Source: Seison nebaliae | Taxonomy: Eukaryota | Length of the DNA: 39,023 nucleotides | Direction of reading: 5' to 3' | NCBI GenBank assembly: GCA_023231475.1 | Contig: JALJEE010002573.1 | Location: forward strand, 1 to 39,023 | Shown here: piece by piece, positions 11,499-23,623 of the stretch | How positions within the stretch are numbered: position 1 is the stretch's first letter | Layout: each line of letters begins with the position of its first letter | Made by a program: the position numbers and the translations under genes | Notes under the pieces: generated by a model | What the model was told of the DNA's origin: nothing | The model's database searches: none | The model's input: the letters and a program-made list of their open reading frames with translations, nothing else

Positions 11499-13125
11499 AA
11501 CATCTCACATTCTTTTGTCGAGAGGAAAATATTTAAATTGATCTTCAATCAAAGATGGAAAGAACGACGTCCAGTGGAATTCAGGAGAAAGAAATAAATG
11601 AGGTTACTCGATCGACAATTGGAATGAGTGGAAAATGGTTTAATTTCTTCTGATTAAACAATCGAAAAAGAAAAGTTATGTCGTATATACAACAGAGAAT
11701 TAAATCAATAATCGATTATTCACTCGAGAAAATGATTTAAGTCGAACATTCGAATTTCATCATCGCTTCACCGTTTTCCTTTTTTGACCACTCCACAAAT
11801 ACTACGAATTCATATCGAGCAACAACAATTTTTAATATAATTAATTTATTCGTCTCATTCCCAAATTTTTGAATGTTATGTAGGACTGTAATTAAGAAAA
11901 ATTCTCCTTCTTCTTTCCTTATTCCTATTGTTGGTTCATCTTCATTACTCATATTTCACATCGATCACCTCCTACAACCCTGCCCTCCCTCCTCCTACCC
12001 TCCTCGTCTATTGGCTCTCTCGAACGAGCGAGCGAGCGAGGGGAGAATGGGGAAATTGCATTTTAGCTTCCATAGATCATTACCATACATGTTTGCTCTA
12101 TGTGGCACAAAGACGAAATGACATCAGTATACGTATCGCTTTGTGCCAAGATGACGAAATTGAAGGAGAAAGATAGGCACGGAACTCCTATTTATTTTCA
12201 ATAGCACTTCCTTGTCACTATATGATGCATGTTGAATGCATTCTCTCTTTCTTTCTCTCTCTTTCCCAATCTCTACCACCATCATCACCATCCTAATAAT
12301 TCTTCCAGAATTCTCTTCTTCTCCTCTCACAAATGTGTTACATATTCGCCCCACTGTTTCTCTTGCACATTCTCGAAATATGGAGAATATGTGTCGAGGA
12401 AAAAATGGGAGAAAGGAGAAACGAAATAAAGCACGATATATCATTCACAAGAAATCTTTCTTTAACAAATGGTTTTCTCTATAATAATAAATTAATCTCT
12501 TCATTCGCCCATGTACCTCCATTCGTCCTACTTACACAACAACAACGACGACGACGACAACGACAACGACGACTTCCCCAATAAAAGTCATAATTGTTAG
12601 TTGATGTTGAATATTTATTTCCATTTTATAAGTTTGGGGAGAAATGTTATAAATCAATATTCAAATATAACCAATACTCACATTCGCGCTCTTGTATGAA
12701 ATTCGCTCTCGTACATCGCTGTCGTTGAAGTGAGGAGGAAGGAGAATTTAGTTTTTTTTTCTTTCGATTCTTTCAACCCCGAATGGACGATCTATTTCTT
12801 CTTCATATGAACAACATTATGAATAAGTGGAAAATTGACGTGAGTGTGTATGTGTCGATGTGCACACACGTGTATAGTGCATGTGGGGGGAATAGTCGAA
12901 TGAATTTCTATGCAAGCATTAAATATAAATCATATACGGAAATTACTTCGGGACACATACACGTACACGTACTCGGCACATCAAGAGGAGATTGATGAGA
13001 ACGACGTCGGATTTATCTACAAAATGTCACCATTGATGTAGGGAGGAATTCCGATTACGTACGGAAGATACTTGTACGAGAATAAAAGTAGTCAAAGTAA
13101 TGTCCGATGTTCGGGTAATATTCCA

Positions 13126-13145
13126 TCCATCCATCCATCCTCATC

Positions 13146-13178
<33 letters not shown>

Positions 13179-13195
13179 GTCATCACTATCATCAT
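13126..13195. repeat. (CCAT)n plus (CAT)n microsatellite
   Basis: Directly visible tandem repeats. Confidence 0.85.
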
Positions 13196-15565
13196 GAGCG
13201 AGATTGAGTATAGAGTATAGAAAAACAAAAAAATATCATCAGGAATATTTAAAAAAAAACATTTCTCCTTTTCTTCTCCTCCCCACCAATTCCTTTTCTT
13301 TCCTTTCCTTCCTTCCTTCCTTCATTCAGCTTTCTAATTTCTTTTTCCTAATTTACAACTGAATATAATCGACATCTTAAGTGCTTCTTTTTATTTATAC
13401 GGAATCTTCCTGAACAAAATTAGTTGAATAACAACCATGCCATAAGATGACGTATTGGCAATTTTTGCATTATTTCCCTTCTAATTACATGCGATCTGTC
13501 TCTTCGAACATCTTCCTCCGATCTCGAGTCTCATTCGACTGTTGGATTGACTTGCCCATTTTGACTTATCCTCCTCCCTACAATTTTCAATATCGACTTA
13601 AACTTCTTAATCATCTCCCACCGAATTATTTTCGTCGTAAAAACTTCTTCTTCGAGATGGAATGGAAGAAAGGAACATTTTTTTCCGTCTACTCCAAATT
13701 GCCAATTCTCAACAATGTGACGAATATCGCCAATATCGTCTTCATAATCGAAAGACACGAGATGTATATCCACTCCTCCTGTTCATTTATTGGTAGATAA
13801 TTTAATAAAAATTATTTAACAGATATTAGACAATCCAATTATTCATCGGTTGATTTATTTATCTATTCTGTTCTTACACCTATCACACGATTATTCCACC
13901 ACATAATTCTTTCTAAAGACTTTCATCCAATTCCCCCCAATATCATTTCCAATTTTCCACACGGTTAACATAATAAATGACAGTTCGATTTTCGTACCGT
14001 CCCGCCAGAAAACGAATATGAAACAAACTCACGAATAATATTCGTCAATAATTCCATTGTTGAATAATCTCATTTGTACTGATAACTACCAAATTTGCTA
14101 TTTCCTTAACGCCATTTTTTTACGTTTGATGACAATTACACGAAACTTAATTGTGACGATATTCCGATCATCATAAAGGAGATAATGGTTTGGACGAACA
14201 TGATCCTGTGATCGAATGACTGAAATTGAAGAAAAACGACAATATGTTATTGGGAGAGAACAATCAATGAAGAAGTTGACGACGAATCCCAAATATTGGG
14301 ACGGATCGAATTCCTGCATTATGATATTGATGGAATATGATTATCGATGGAAGCATACTCATTTCAATCATATTTACATATAGTAAATGTGTACGTTGGA
14401 TGAAGTCGATGAGATTCCCCTTCAATCAACTACTAATTCTTTGTCAATAGAACGATAAATTATCACCATTAAGAATATGCACGAAATATGCACTAATAGT
14501 TCGACGAGTTCGGGAAGAAGTAGGAGAAGTTGAAAGAATGAAAGAGAATTTTAATAACACAATACTAAAAGAATTCTTCTTTCGAATTGTATCGGAATAA
14601 ACTTCGAATTTCTTCCTTTTCATTTACCGTCTCGTCTAGTAAAAAACATCTTTCACCGAATCAGACACATAAATATTTTATAATTCTCTCTTACATGACA
14701 TTCGATTAATAATAACCATAATAAGAACAAGATTTTATTGTGAGCAATTTTACGGGTAAGACGACACAACTTTTTCATGCTATTTACCTGATTATTCATC
14801 TGTCCATAATTCCCATTCAAATTTCTTCTTAATGAAGATGAATCTGTCCAATTCGAATAACCATCGATCGCTCTGTCTCCAAATTTGTCTGGCTCCAATT
14901 GTCCGACAATCATCTCTCAATTTACCTTTATCTAATCAAATTTGTTTAAACCAGATATCTCTCTCTCTTTCTTTATCTCTCTGTGTGTGTGGGTGTGTGG
15001 TGGACAATCGTATTTCTCATAAGATTACGTGTAAGAAACTATGAATGAAGTTTCATGACTATCATAACAAAATCAATTTTAATGATCTTCCAACACAAAT
15101 TCCACAATACCTTCCTAATTATTTCCTTATTCTTTATATATTACCAAATAATTCTGTTATTTTATGATATTTCTGAAAGAAATCCGATCGAGTAGATTTG
15201 CGATAGAGGAGAAAAATAGGGAAAATGTTTTTGTTCATCGTTCTTAAAATAAATTTCATTTCCATCATAAGTTTATGATTTCCATCACTCAATAATTAGC
15301 GGCAATGATAAATATGTTTGGAGATGATTATTATAAGAATTGCCATTTTCATTCGTCGTGTGTTGAAATGAAAGAAAATGATACAGATGGTAATTGTGGG
15401 AAAAGAAATGGAATTGAATATATTTCACAGAAATAATGTCCGATAATGGAATAATGAGAGGACGGAAATAAATAAAATAATATAACTTAAAAACACTAAT
15501 TAATTATTAAATTAATTCATGGTGGTAGAGATTGAAGTGGAGAAGAATTTGATTAATAAATAATC

Positions 15566-17584
15566 TCATTTATCTTCATTAGATTTATTCGTTGCCATGA
15601 CAACCACATCCATTCCCATCATTTCAGATCTGATATGAAGTTGATGTTCGTGTGCCAAATGTAAAATGGCGAGAAAAAGTGAATGGGGAGTACAATAAGA
15701 ATTGTGTGTCACATTCTCCATCGAATACTTAGCAAATATGGTTCTCATGTTAATGGGTTGATTCGATTGGAAAAGCTTATGAATGATGGGAAACATATCC
15801 TGATTAATTCGTTTGACGTTAATGCGGTTGGCTTGTTTACGATAATCTAATTTGATTGGAATTGGTTCGAATAACGGTTTCGGTATATCCAATAACGGAA
15901 ACGACGTTGACATATTCATAATCTCATTCGAGTCATTCATGCTAGTCATTTCCGAAACCATCGAATTCTCATTCGAATACATTCCCATTACACATTCAGT
16001 ACTTTCAAATTGTCCATTCAAATTCTCCTGATAATTTATCGGACATTCATCTGAATCTGGAAACGATTCATTTATCCATTCCAATCGATTATCCATTTGA
16101 GGAATTTGAAAAACAGTTTGAAATAAATTTTCCGTTTCCTCACAATTCATTTCCCTATTGTACTGAATGTCGTCCACATTGACATTGACTGTCAATTTCT
16201 TCTTTATTAATCGTTTCCGTTTGGTCCGTGTGCGCAACGGTAGAAGTTTCGACGATTTCTCCTCCATCCAGTCGTCGAGTGATCCGATCGTTTGTTCCTT
16301 ATTTTTTTCCGTTCGTTCAGTTCGATTATTACTCCGTTTAATTTGCACTTTCCTTCTCTTCATTCCCACATATAATCTCTTCAATTTAATATCATCATCA
16401 TCACCACCAAACATATCGTTAGCACACTCGGCTAGGATCTGTTGGATGGAAGTTTGATCGTTGGATAAATTGACGGATGGACAATCGGTGAAATTGATGG
16501 TATTCATATGATTCCGAATGGTGGTATCTCTACTAACGATAGAGAAAGATCGTAAGGAAAAATTTTGAATTTCAAACGAATTTTCATTTTCAAAATAATG
16601 TTCATTGTCAGATGGAATTGATGATAATCGGGAGATGGTCGAACATGAATCCGATTCAATTTCTTTTTCATATAAATAAAAATCATCGACTGTAACATCA
16701 TTTCTTCCCTGAACCACAAACGAATCGATGAGTGAACTGATTGTGAACTGTTTGTGGAGGGGAATACGTCCTGTCAGTTTCTCCAAAACTCCACAATAGA
16801 AATTGAGATAATTATCTTCTTTCTTTTCAGTTCGAATTAGAATTTCAAATAATCGACTCTGATTCAACGCGTCATTACTCATTTCCCTTATATCGTTCAT
16901 GATATCATAATCAGTCACCATCAATATCTTTCCATATAGCAATTTCTTCCATTTACAACTGTATTGAAGTAATCCATTAATGCTACCATAATCGATGGCA
17001 CGTAATTTCCTCATATCGAGAGAGATTGTCGTCATTTCCATCCATCGATTATTTGAAATACGAAGTTTTTTTGAAGGACTCGTAAAAAATTTAAAAGTTT
17101 TTTTCCTTTTTTTCTTCTTCTTCCGATAGACGTCCATCGAATTTTCTCCTTTTTCCTTTTCCACAACACCATTTCCATCATGGTTCGTCGACACACTGTC
17201 TCGACATTTCGCTATGTCACTTTTGACACATTCGAATTTCTTATCAATAATTCTCATCATAGAATCCAATGTCGTTACCGCACTATCGAAATCGATGTGT
17301 CGTTGCCAAACGGAATTTTTAGTTCGTTCGAAAAGTTCTCGATTTTTCATGCTTATCACCTCCGCTCCATATAAAGGAAGTTCGGAGGAATATGCCATAT
17401 TTCTATCGATTTTCCGATTATTCTTAAAATAAGCTACAGTCCAATTGAAAAGATTAGTCAGTTCGGCTACAGTTCTTTCCTCAGTCGGTCTCAACTCCTT
17501 CTCTAAATGAACAGTACATAATTCTTCTCCAGTCTGGAATGAAGGTGCGCTGTAACTACTTCCAGACATGAAGGAACAATCCAT
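15566..17584 (-). CDS. Divergent condensin I kleisin (CAP-H/Barren/Cnd2-like), 672 aa, single exon
   Basis: N-terminal kleisin-like KIDRNMAYSSEL and IDFDSAVTTLDSMMRII (cf. NFQKASCTLDAxVKIY). C-terminal IKLDYRKQANRINVKRI (cf. INYARxAKKVDVKKL) and SLFLAILHLAHEHQLHI (cf. FxxLLHLANExxL). Confidence 0.75.
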   Translation of the reverse strand: MDCSFMSGSSYSAPSFQTGEELCTVHLEKELRPTEERTVAELTNLFNWTVAYFKNNRKIDRNMAYSSELPLYGAEVISMKNRELFERTKNSVWQRHIDFDSAVTTLDSMMRIIDKKFECVKSDIAKCRDSVSTNHDGNGVVEKEKGENSMDVYRKKKKKRKKTFKFFTSPSKKLRISNNRWMEMTTISLDMRKLRAIDYGSINGLLQYSCKWKKLLYGKILMVTDYDIMNDIREMSNDALNQSRLFEILIRTEKKEDNYLNFYCGVLEKLTGRIPLHKQFTISSLIDSFVVQGRNDVTVDDFYLYEKEIESDSCSTISRLSSIPSDNEHYFENENSFEIQNFSLRSFSIVSRDTTIRNHMNTINFTDCPSVNLSNDQTSIQQILAECANDMFGGDDDDIKLKRLYVGMKRRKVQIKRSNNRTERTEKNKEQTIGSLDDWMEEKSSKLLPLRTRTKRKRLIKKKLTVNVNVDDIQYNREMNCEETENLFQTVFQIPQMDNRLEWINESFPDSDECPINYQENLNGQFESTECVMGMYSNENSMVSEMTSMNDSNEIMNMSTSFPLLDIPKPLFEPIPIKLDYRKQANRINVKRINQDMFPIIHKLFQSNQPINMRTIFAKYSMENVTHNSYCTPHSLFLAILHLAHEHQLHIRSEMMGMDVVVMATNKSNEDK

Positions 17585-18040
17585 TTTCTTAGAGCTTAAT
17601 GGAATTTTTTTAAGTTTTAAATTAACAATTTGATGGGGGTAGTTTTTAAAATTTTACGTCTCTCGTCACTGCTCATCAAAATTCGTTTTGAATTTAAAGA
17701 GAAAAAATAGAATTTTTGACAATTATCTAATTTAATTCCTAAGCTTCAAAACAACGTAACAATTGGACATATGGGCAAATTGCTTTAAAAGTTCCCCAAC
17801 GGACAATTAGCACTTCTACATTTGAGCTCAACTTTCAACTGTCTAATCTTACGGGAATATGTTCAGCGAACACTTCTGACTTCAATTCGAAATCGATTAC
17901 AATTCGTCCGTTTTCTTTTTGCGTCTATGAAAGGGAAGGTGCGCGCGACTTTCCTTATATATTCGATTCGTTATTCACAATTCTTCATTATTAGAAAAAA
18001 TAGTATTTCGTTTCTTTAACGTTTAGGTTCGTTTGATTTT

Positions 18041-18095
18041 GGCTACGTGTCTCGTTGCATAGAGTGTAGAAAGGTCTATGCAACGAGATGTGGCT
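18041..18095 (+). other. Hairpin: perfect 14-bp inverted repeat extendable to about 21 bp
   Basis: TCTCGTTGCATAGA (18050-18063) pairs with TCTATGCAACGAGA (18075-18088) around an 11-nt loop. GGCTACG pairs with TGTGGCT via G-U pairs after a 2-nt bulge. Confidence 0.7.
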
Positions 18096-19111
18096 GGAAT
18101 ATCAAGAATATCATTGGTTAACCTATTCGGCCTGCGCATATGGCAGAAGAACCAAGCTGCCACTTGGAGGGGTGAGAAGGACGAGGAGTTTTTCCATCCG
18201 GCCCCGCTGCACATAACCATCTGATATTGGTGACACAATTTAAGGCGGCCCGTGCATTCTGATGCAGGAGAATGCAACCAAAGAACATCTGGTGCAATCC
18301 ACAAATTTCAATTGGATTTCTGTTCCACCTGTTCAATCAGGACCTCACCTCTTTGGTAGCCTGGTTGGACATGGAACCTAATAATCAAACGGAAAATATT
18401 GTGGAACAGATATACCTATGACTTACCGCAACCGACGTCATAGAACCCGAAAAATTATTAGGGTTCTATTACTCTCAACTTCGATTTTATTAGAATATGG
18501 TAAATCTAATGATATTGATGAGTTATATGCATATCCATTTCTTTATTCACATATTATTTATTAAATTGTCTTTTTCCTCTCAAATAAATACATATCATTA
18601 TCAAATCATCTTCAACGAATTTTGATTTAGTTTAATTTTCAAAAAATTTTATCGAGTAAATTCCAATTTTTTATTAAGATTAGTACTATATAAAACCACA
18701 CACATTACTCAGATAGTGACAATTAAGTAAATTAGTAATATTAAAATTATCGTCTATTAAATTATTTTAAGCGCAAAATATTTAATGGAATTAAATTTCA
18801 ACAAACCTTCCATCAATTAACAAAAATAACATAGTACTAAAAAAATAATTTAAAATAAATAAATAATAATCAAAAAGTTTTCTGAAATAGAAAAATGATT
18901 TTTGTGATATGATTGACCTGTGATAAGAATGTTATATAACATTTAGTAGAAGTTGCCTTTTTAAAATAATTGTCAATTGTCAGCTGCAAATTGACAATCC
19001 ACTTTGACATCAAGTAATTTCAATGTACAGGATTGGTTTGATTCAAATATAAAAATAGAGAAAGAGAATTGAGAAATTAATACAAAGAGTTTACTTCAAA
19101 TTAATCACAAT

Positions 19112-20778
19112 ATGCACTTGGAAGATTTGATAATGCCGGATTTGGTGGACGATTCGGAAGCGATAATAACCGGTTTCCGAAGAGGAAACATATTTCCATC
19201 TTCTTCAACTTATTTACCGAGTGATGGTATAATGCATAATTACGGTTCGATCAATAATGGAGAAGTGAAGAACGAAGGAGAAAAAGATGTTCATATTCGA
19301 TCGAGAACATGTTGGGATACAGATTTTTCACTTTATGCTTTAGACGTCTATAACGATAACGTTAAGAAAACGGTGAAGAGTGTCATGAAATATGATGAAG
19401 TTCAATACGATGACGTTCCCTCGTTATTCAATCGATTCATATATGATATTAATAAGATGAAACGATTAAAATCATTTGATGAAATCCATGAATGGCTCAC
19501 GTCAACGACCTATTTCCAAGAATGTCAAAAATTAAAAAATTTCTCATCCTTCTTAATGAATGATTCGATGTCGTCTGAAATGATCAAACCAACTAAAAAA
19601 GCCATCGTTCTCCTCTACAATATGATTCAGGCAATGGAAATTTTGATAGAGTCGGAAAAATTCGCTACAACTCTCCTCAAAATTAATCAATTATCCGAAA
19701 ATGAACATACTACTCTGCATGAAATGGCGAAATATATTTTGAATTTTAATGACACATTTCAGAAGATCCTGGTGCCGATGACAACTCATAGATTTGAAAT
19801 GGAGAAAATTAATTGTTCTCATGAAAAAGACAAATTATTCGTATTATTAAAAGACTTTCACTTCAAATACGAATTGGCAATCACTGACGAAGTTGAAATA
19901 TTGAAAAATGAAGTTTCTATTTTATTCTTTCACAATTCATTCACCAATCTCTTCTTCACAGTTAGAAGAGAAAGAAAAACTTTTAAAAGAGCTAAAAGGA
20001 AAATCGAAATCGACTAATTCTCATAGTAGTAAATCGGATGGATCAGCTCAAGTTTCAATGACAACACAAACTAAAATAAATTATGTATTTTCCTTATCTT
20101 TCAACTTTTTCTTATAATTATTTGTGGCAGCGGAATGAGATGTTGGGAATTGGAGAGGTGAGGAGTGATATATTGCAAGTTATTGAACATTCCTTAGATT
20201 CGCTTTCGAAAGACATCCTATCACTTCGACAAGACAACAGAGACCATCACGATGTTATTATTTTTATTTAAAAAAATTCGTTTTGAAATATTTTGAACAA
20301 TTTTTCATTTTAAATTGAAATTGTTTTTACTCTTCAAAAAATTTTGCATTTCGAAATTTTTTAATTTGAATATTGAATTTTTTTATTTTTGAAAAATTTT
20401 AATTTTTCAGAAATTTATTGAATCATCTAATTAATTATCTTGTTTAATTATATAATTTTAGAAAATTTATTATTTAACAAACAAGTTGGAAGAGATCGAA
20501 GCGAAGAGTGCAAGACATTTGAACGTTCTCTCGAATTTCTATCGATATTTTTATTTGAAAAACAATTTTAGCATTTTCCGCAAAAAGATAAAGAAAGTTT
20601 GTTTGAGGTGCAAATGGCATGCGAAAGTTTAAACAAGGATATCGAGGAAGAACCGGAACTTATAAAAACAGTTGAAGATCGATTACAGGTGAGAGAAGTT
20701 TAAATTGGCTAAAAATTTTGATTTTTATAGGACGTTCATGAACATTATAGAGAGCTGGAAAGAATCGCTCACGAATAA
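19112..20778 (+). CDS. Uncharacterised helical/coiled-coil protein, about 413-427 aa, 6 exons
   Basis: Exons 19112-19912, 19962-20051 (or -20084), 20131-20253, 20462-20524, 20572-20688 (or -20697), 20731-20778 join in frame, all phase 0. Two donors are ambiguous between GTT and GTA/GTG options. Confidence 0.65.
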
Positions 20779-20796
20779 ATAAAAGTTGAAAAGAAA

Positions 20797-21239
20797 TTAA
20801 ATTTGTGATTTTGTATTGAATTGGAAAATTGTGCGGAGAAGTGTTTGGAAGAAAGTTTTAATAAATTGTTTGACTGATTGTTGTTTGGGTGTTGAATAAA
20901 TTCTTTCATCTTTCACATTTCTTTTTTCGATAATTGGAGGAAGAATGGTTTTATCTCGACGGTTTCTTACCGACGGTCTGGGAGTGCTGATGAGTTGTGG
21001 TTGGAAGTCCATGAAAAATGTGAGTATCTTTTCTTGAGGATAATTGTTGGAGGAGTTTTCTTCATAATTCTCGATAACGGATGATGTGGAGGAGAGATTT
21101 GAATTGGCAATGAAATAATCGTCGTGAATGATATTTAGATAATTGTTGGGAATCATGTTGGAATTGCCTCCTGAAAATCGATGTCCGTATTTTTTATGGA
21201 AGTAAATCGACTGAAGAGATTCGACTACTTTCAATTCGT
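20797..21239 (-). CDS. Possible terminal exon of an unknown gene
   Basis: 145-codon open frame converging on the 19112 gene. A candidate intron 21300-21240 (GTTCAA..ATAAG) joins an upstream open segment in frame, but I found no start codon. Confidence 0.35.
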
Positions 21240-22221
21240 CTTATTTGGTATGGAAATCAATGGAAATTTAAGATGAAGTACTTCACAATTAATCTTGAAC
21301 GGGAGGGAAGAAGTGAAAATTTTTTTATTTATAAGACGATAAGACGTGTTGGTGTAAAGTGGTGCACTTGAAATTGGATAAGCTCAATTAATCAGAAGTG
21401 TATCTATTTTGGAGATTGTCAAAAATTTTACGAGTTTCTAAATGGTATCCAATCATAAACATCTTAGAAAGGTGTGTGGCTATCAAAAAGAAATTTTCGG
21501 AACATGAACATGTTGTGAACAGACTTTTATTTTAATTATTATTTAACTTACTAATTTAATTTAACGACAAATTAATGGATTATGTTCAATGGAATTTTAA
21601 TTGAAATGGAATTGATGGGGAATGATTGATGTATTTGAATTGGACTTTCATGTGATGGAGGAGAGATTCAAATGTTAAGTTTCTCTCTTTGGAAGAAAAT
21701 GTTTTCTTCCAAATTTTTCTTCGACGAGAACATGTTTGAGATGAGAAGAGGATGAATCGGAGAGGAAAAGATGAGAAGGAAACCATCGAAATGAAGGATT
21801 GAAGGGATTCGAATGACTGACAGATCCGAAGATGTGAATTCACCTACATTCTCCTCTCTTCGTTGTCGACAGAGGAGATGATATTTAGTGAGCTTCTAAA
21901 CTAAACAATTCTCACATCGATCGATCCAGCACATTCATCTGGAACATATGAGACCGAGTAATGATACATTTTGAGCAATTCTTGGCGTTAATGTCGCGGG
22001 TGGAAGACGAGCGGAAAAGAAATTTAATTAGTTACATAATTGTTATGTGGAAAAGACGGATGATAATTAGATGTAAAGGAATTCGACTCATTTTATTATC
22101 ACTTCTCGTCTTGTAAATTATTCTTTCCTTTTTTCTCACAGTTCTATGATAAAAAGAAAAGAAAGGTTGTTAAAAACGTTCATCTTTCTTCCCAAACAAT
22201 TACGTACCCGATAGGCAATTT

Positions 22222-22341
22222 ACACACACAAACACACATACACACACAAACACACATACACACATACACACACAAACACACAAACACACACAAACACACA
22301 TACACACACTCATACATACAAGCACATACACACACACAATA
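22222..22341. repeat. Imperfect (CA)n microsatellite
   Basis: About 120 nt of ACACACACAA/ACACACAT units. Confidence 0.95.
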
Positions 22342-23623
22342 AAACACACATATATACACACAAATTTTTCTAATTGTGATAGAGATAAAGGTAAATAATG
22401 GTGATGGACCTGTTATGATGATGAGAAGATGAAGATGAAGTGAATAGACTAAAGTGGATAAATATATGAGAGATATTATAAATGTGGATCGTCTTACAAC
22501 ATCAGATGTTCATATTGGTTCTCCACATATTCTCCCGTGTATGTGTGTGTGTTTATGTGTTTATTTGTGTATGTGTGTGTGTAGGGAAAGCTGTTTTTCC
22601 AACGATCAAATTCATTTATTTGTGTGTGGGTCTGTTGATTTATGGACAATTATTCATTTGAGAAATTCTATTATTCGCTTAATCGGAGAACATATGGTTT
22701 GGCTGACGGTTAATTCTTTATTTCCTGGTAGTGGAGAAGGTAATAATTTCCTACATAATCAGGTGAATAATTTTTCACAATGAACATTATCGTTTGCCCA
22801 TTAAATTTCATTCAAAGTACAATTTTACTCTCATGATAATCAGGCATTTTAAGAGCAATTTATGAGAAAGTGTTCATTTCTCCAAATTTTCTTTCAATTC
22901 AAAACAGGAATTGTTTCAGTTCATTTCACAAACGTCTGAAATGGATCGATGAATAGTTAAGAATAATGAGCTTTCATCCGCTTTAACATTTACTTCGTCC
23001 TAGACATTACTCCCAACTCTCCTTCCCCTCATATGTGTGTCGAGAGATGATTGGGAAAGAGAACTCCACAACACATTGGAAGGGGATGATATTTGGATAG
23101 ATTCTTCCATTTGCAGCATCATTTACCTTCATAATCGGAACATTCTTTTTTTTATAGAATTCCACTCGAAATAAATATGTTATGACTCACCATCATATGA
23201 ACTGATCATATCTCTCTTCTTCATCGAGAGAGATTCATTGTGTCTATGGGGGAGAGATTAGTAGTCAGGAATTATATTGAAATGGACGGAAGAAATGATC
23301 GTTCACCATCATTTATCATTTCCAAATGTTCATTTGTCTCTTTTGTTGTTCGAATGGGAGTAGATTTTAGTCGTTTTGTGGTTTTTCATTCCATTCTTTT
23401 AACCATCACCAAATTTCCATTAATTTCAAATTAATTTTAATTTTCTCAAATTATATAATTTATTATTTATTATAAATTCTCTTTCTCTTCATAGTTGTTC
23501 GTCCATTTCATTTCATCTTTCTCTTCACAACGAAAGAAACAAATCAAGATCGTGAAAGACACGACAATTAAATGAAGTAAATTCCATAAGTGATTTCTGT
23601 AAATTTTTCTGTGCTAAACGATC

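Noticed and set aside
9813..11541. Plus-strand and alternate-frame ORFs (poly-Val, poly-Asn) over the synaptotagmin-like gene
   Set aside because: Shadow ORFs created by CAA/TTG repeats that contain no stops.
11737..15044. Many 60-117 aa ORFs upstream of the synaptotagmin-like gene
   Set aside because: No recognisable motifs and I could not splice them into a consistent model; probably UTR, intron or regulatory DNA.
18419..18430. ACTTACC as the 5' end of a U1 snRNA
   Set aside because: It continues GCAACC rather than TG, and no U1 stem-loops or Sm site follow. It is simply the reverse complement of GGTAAGT.
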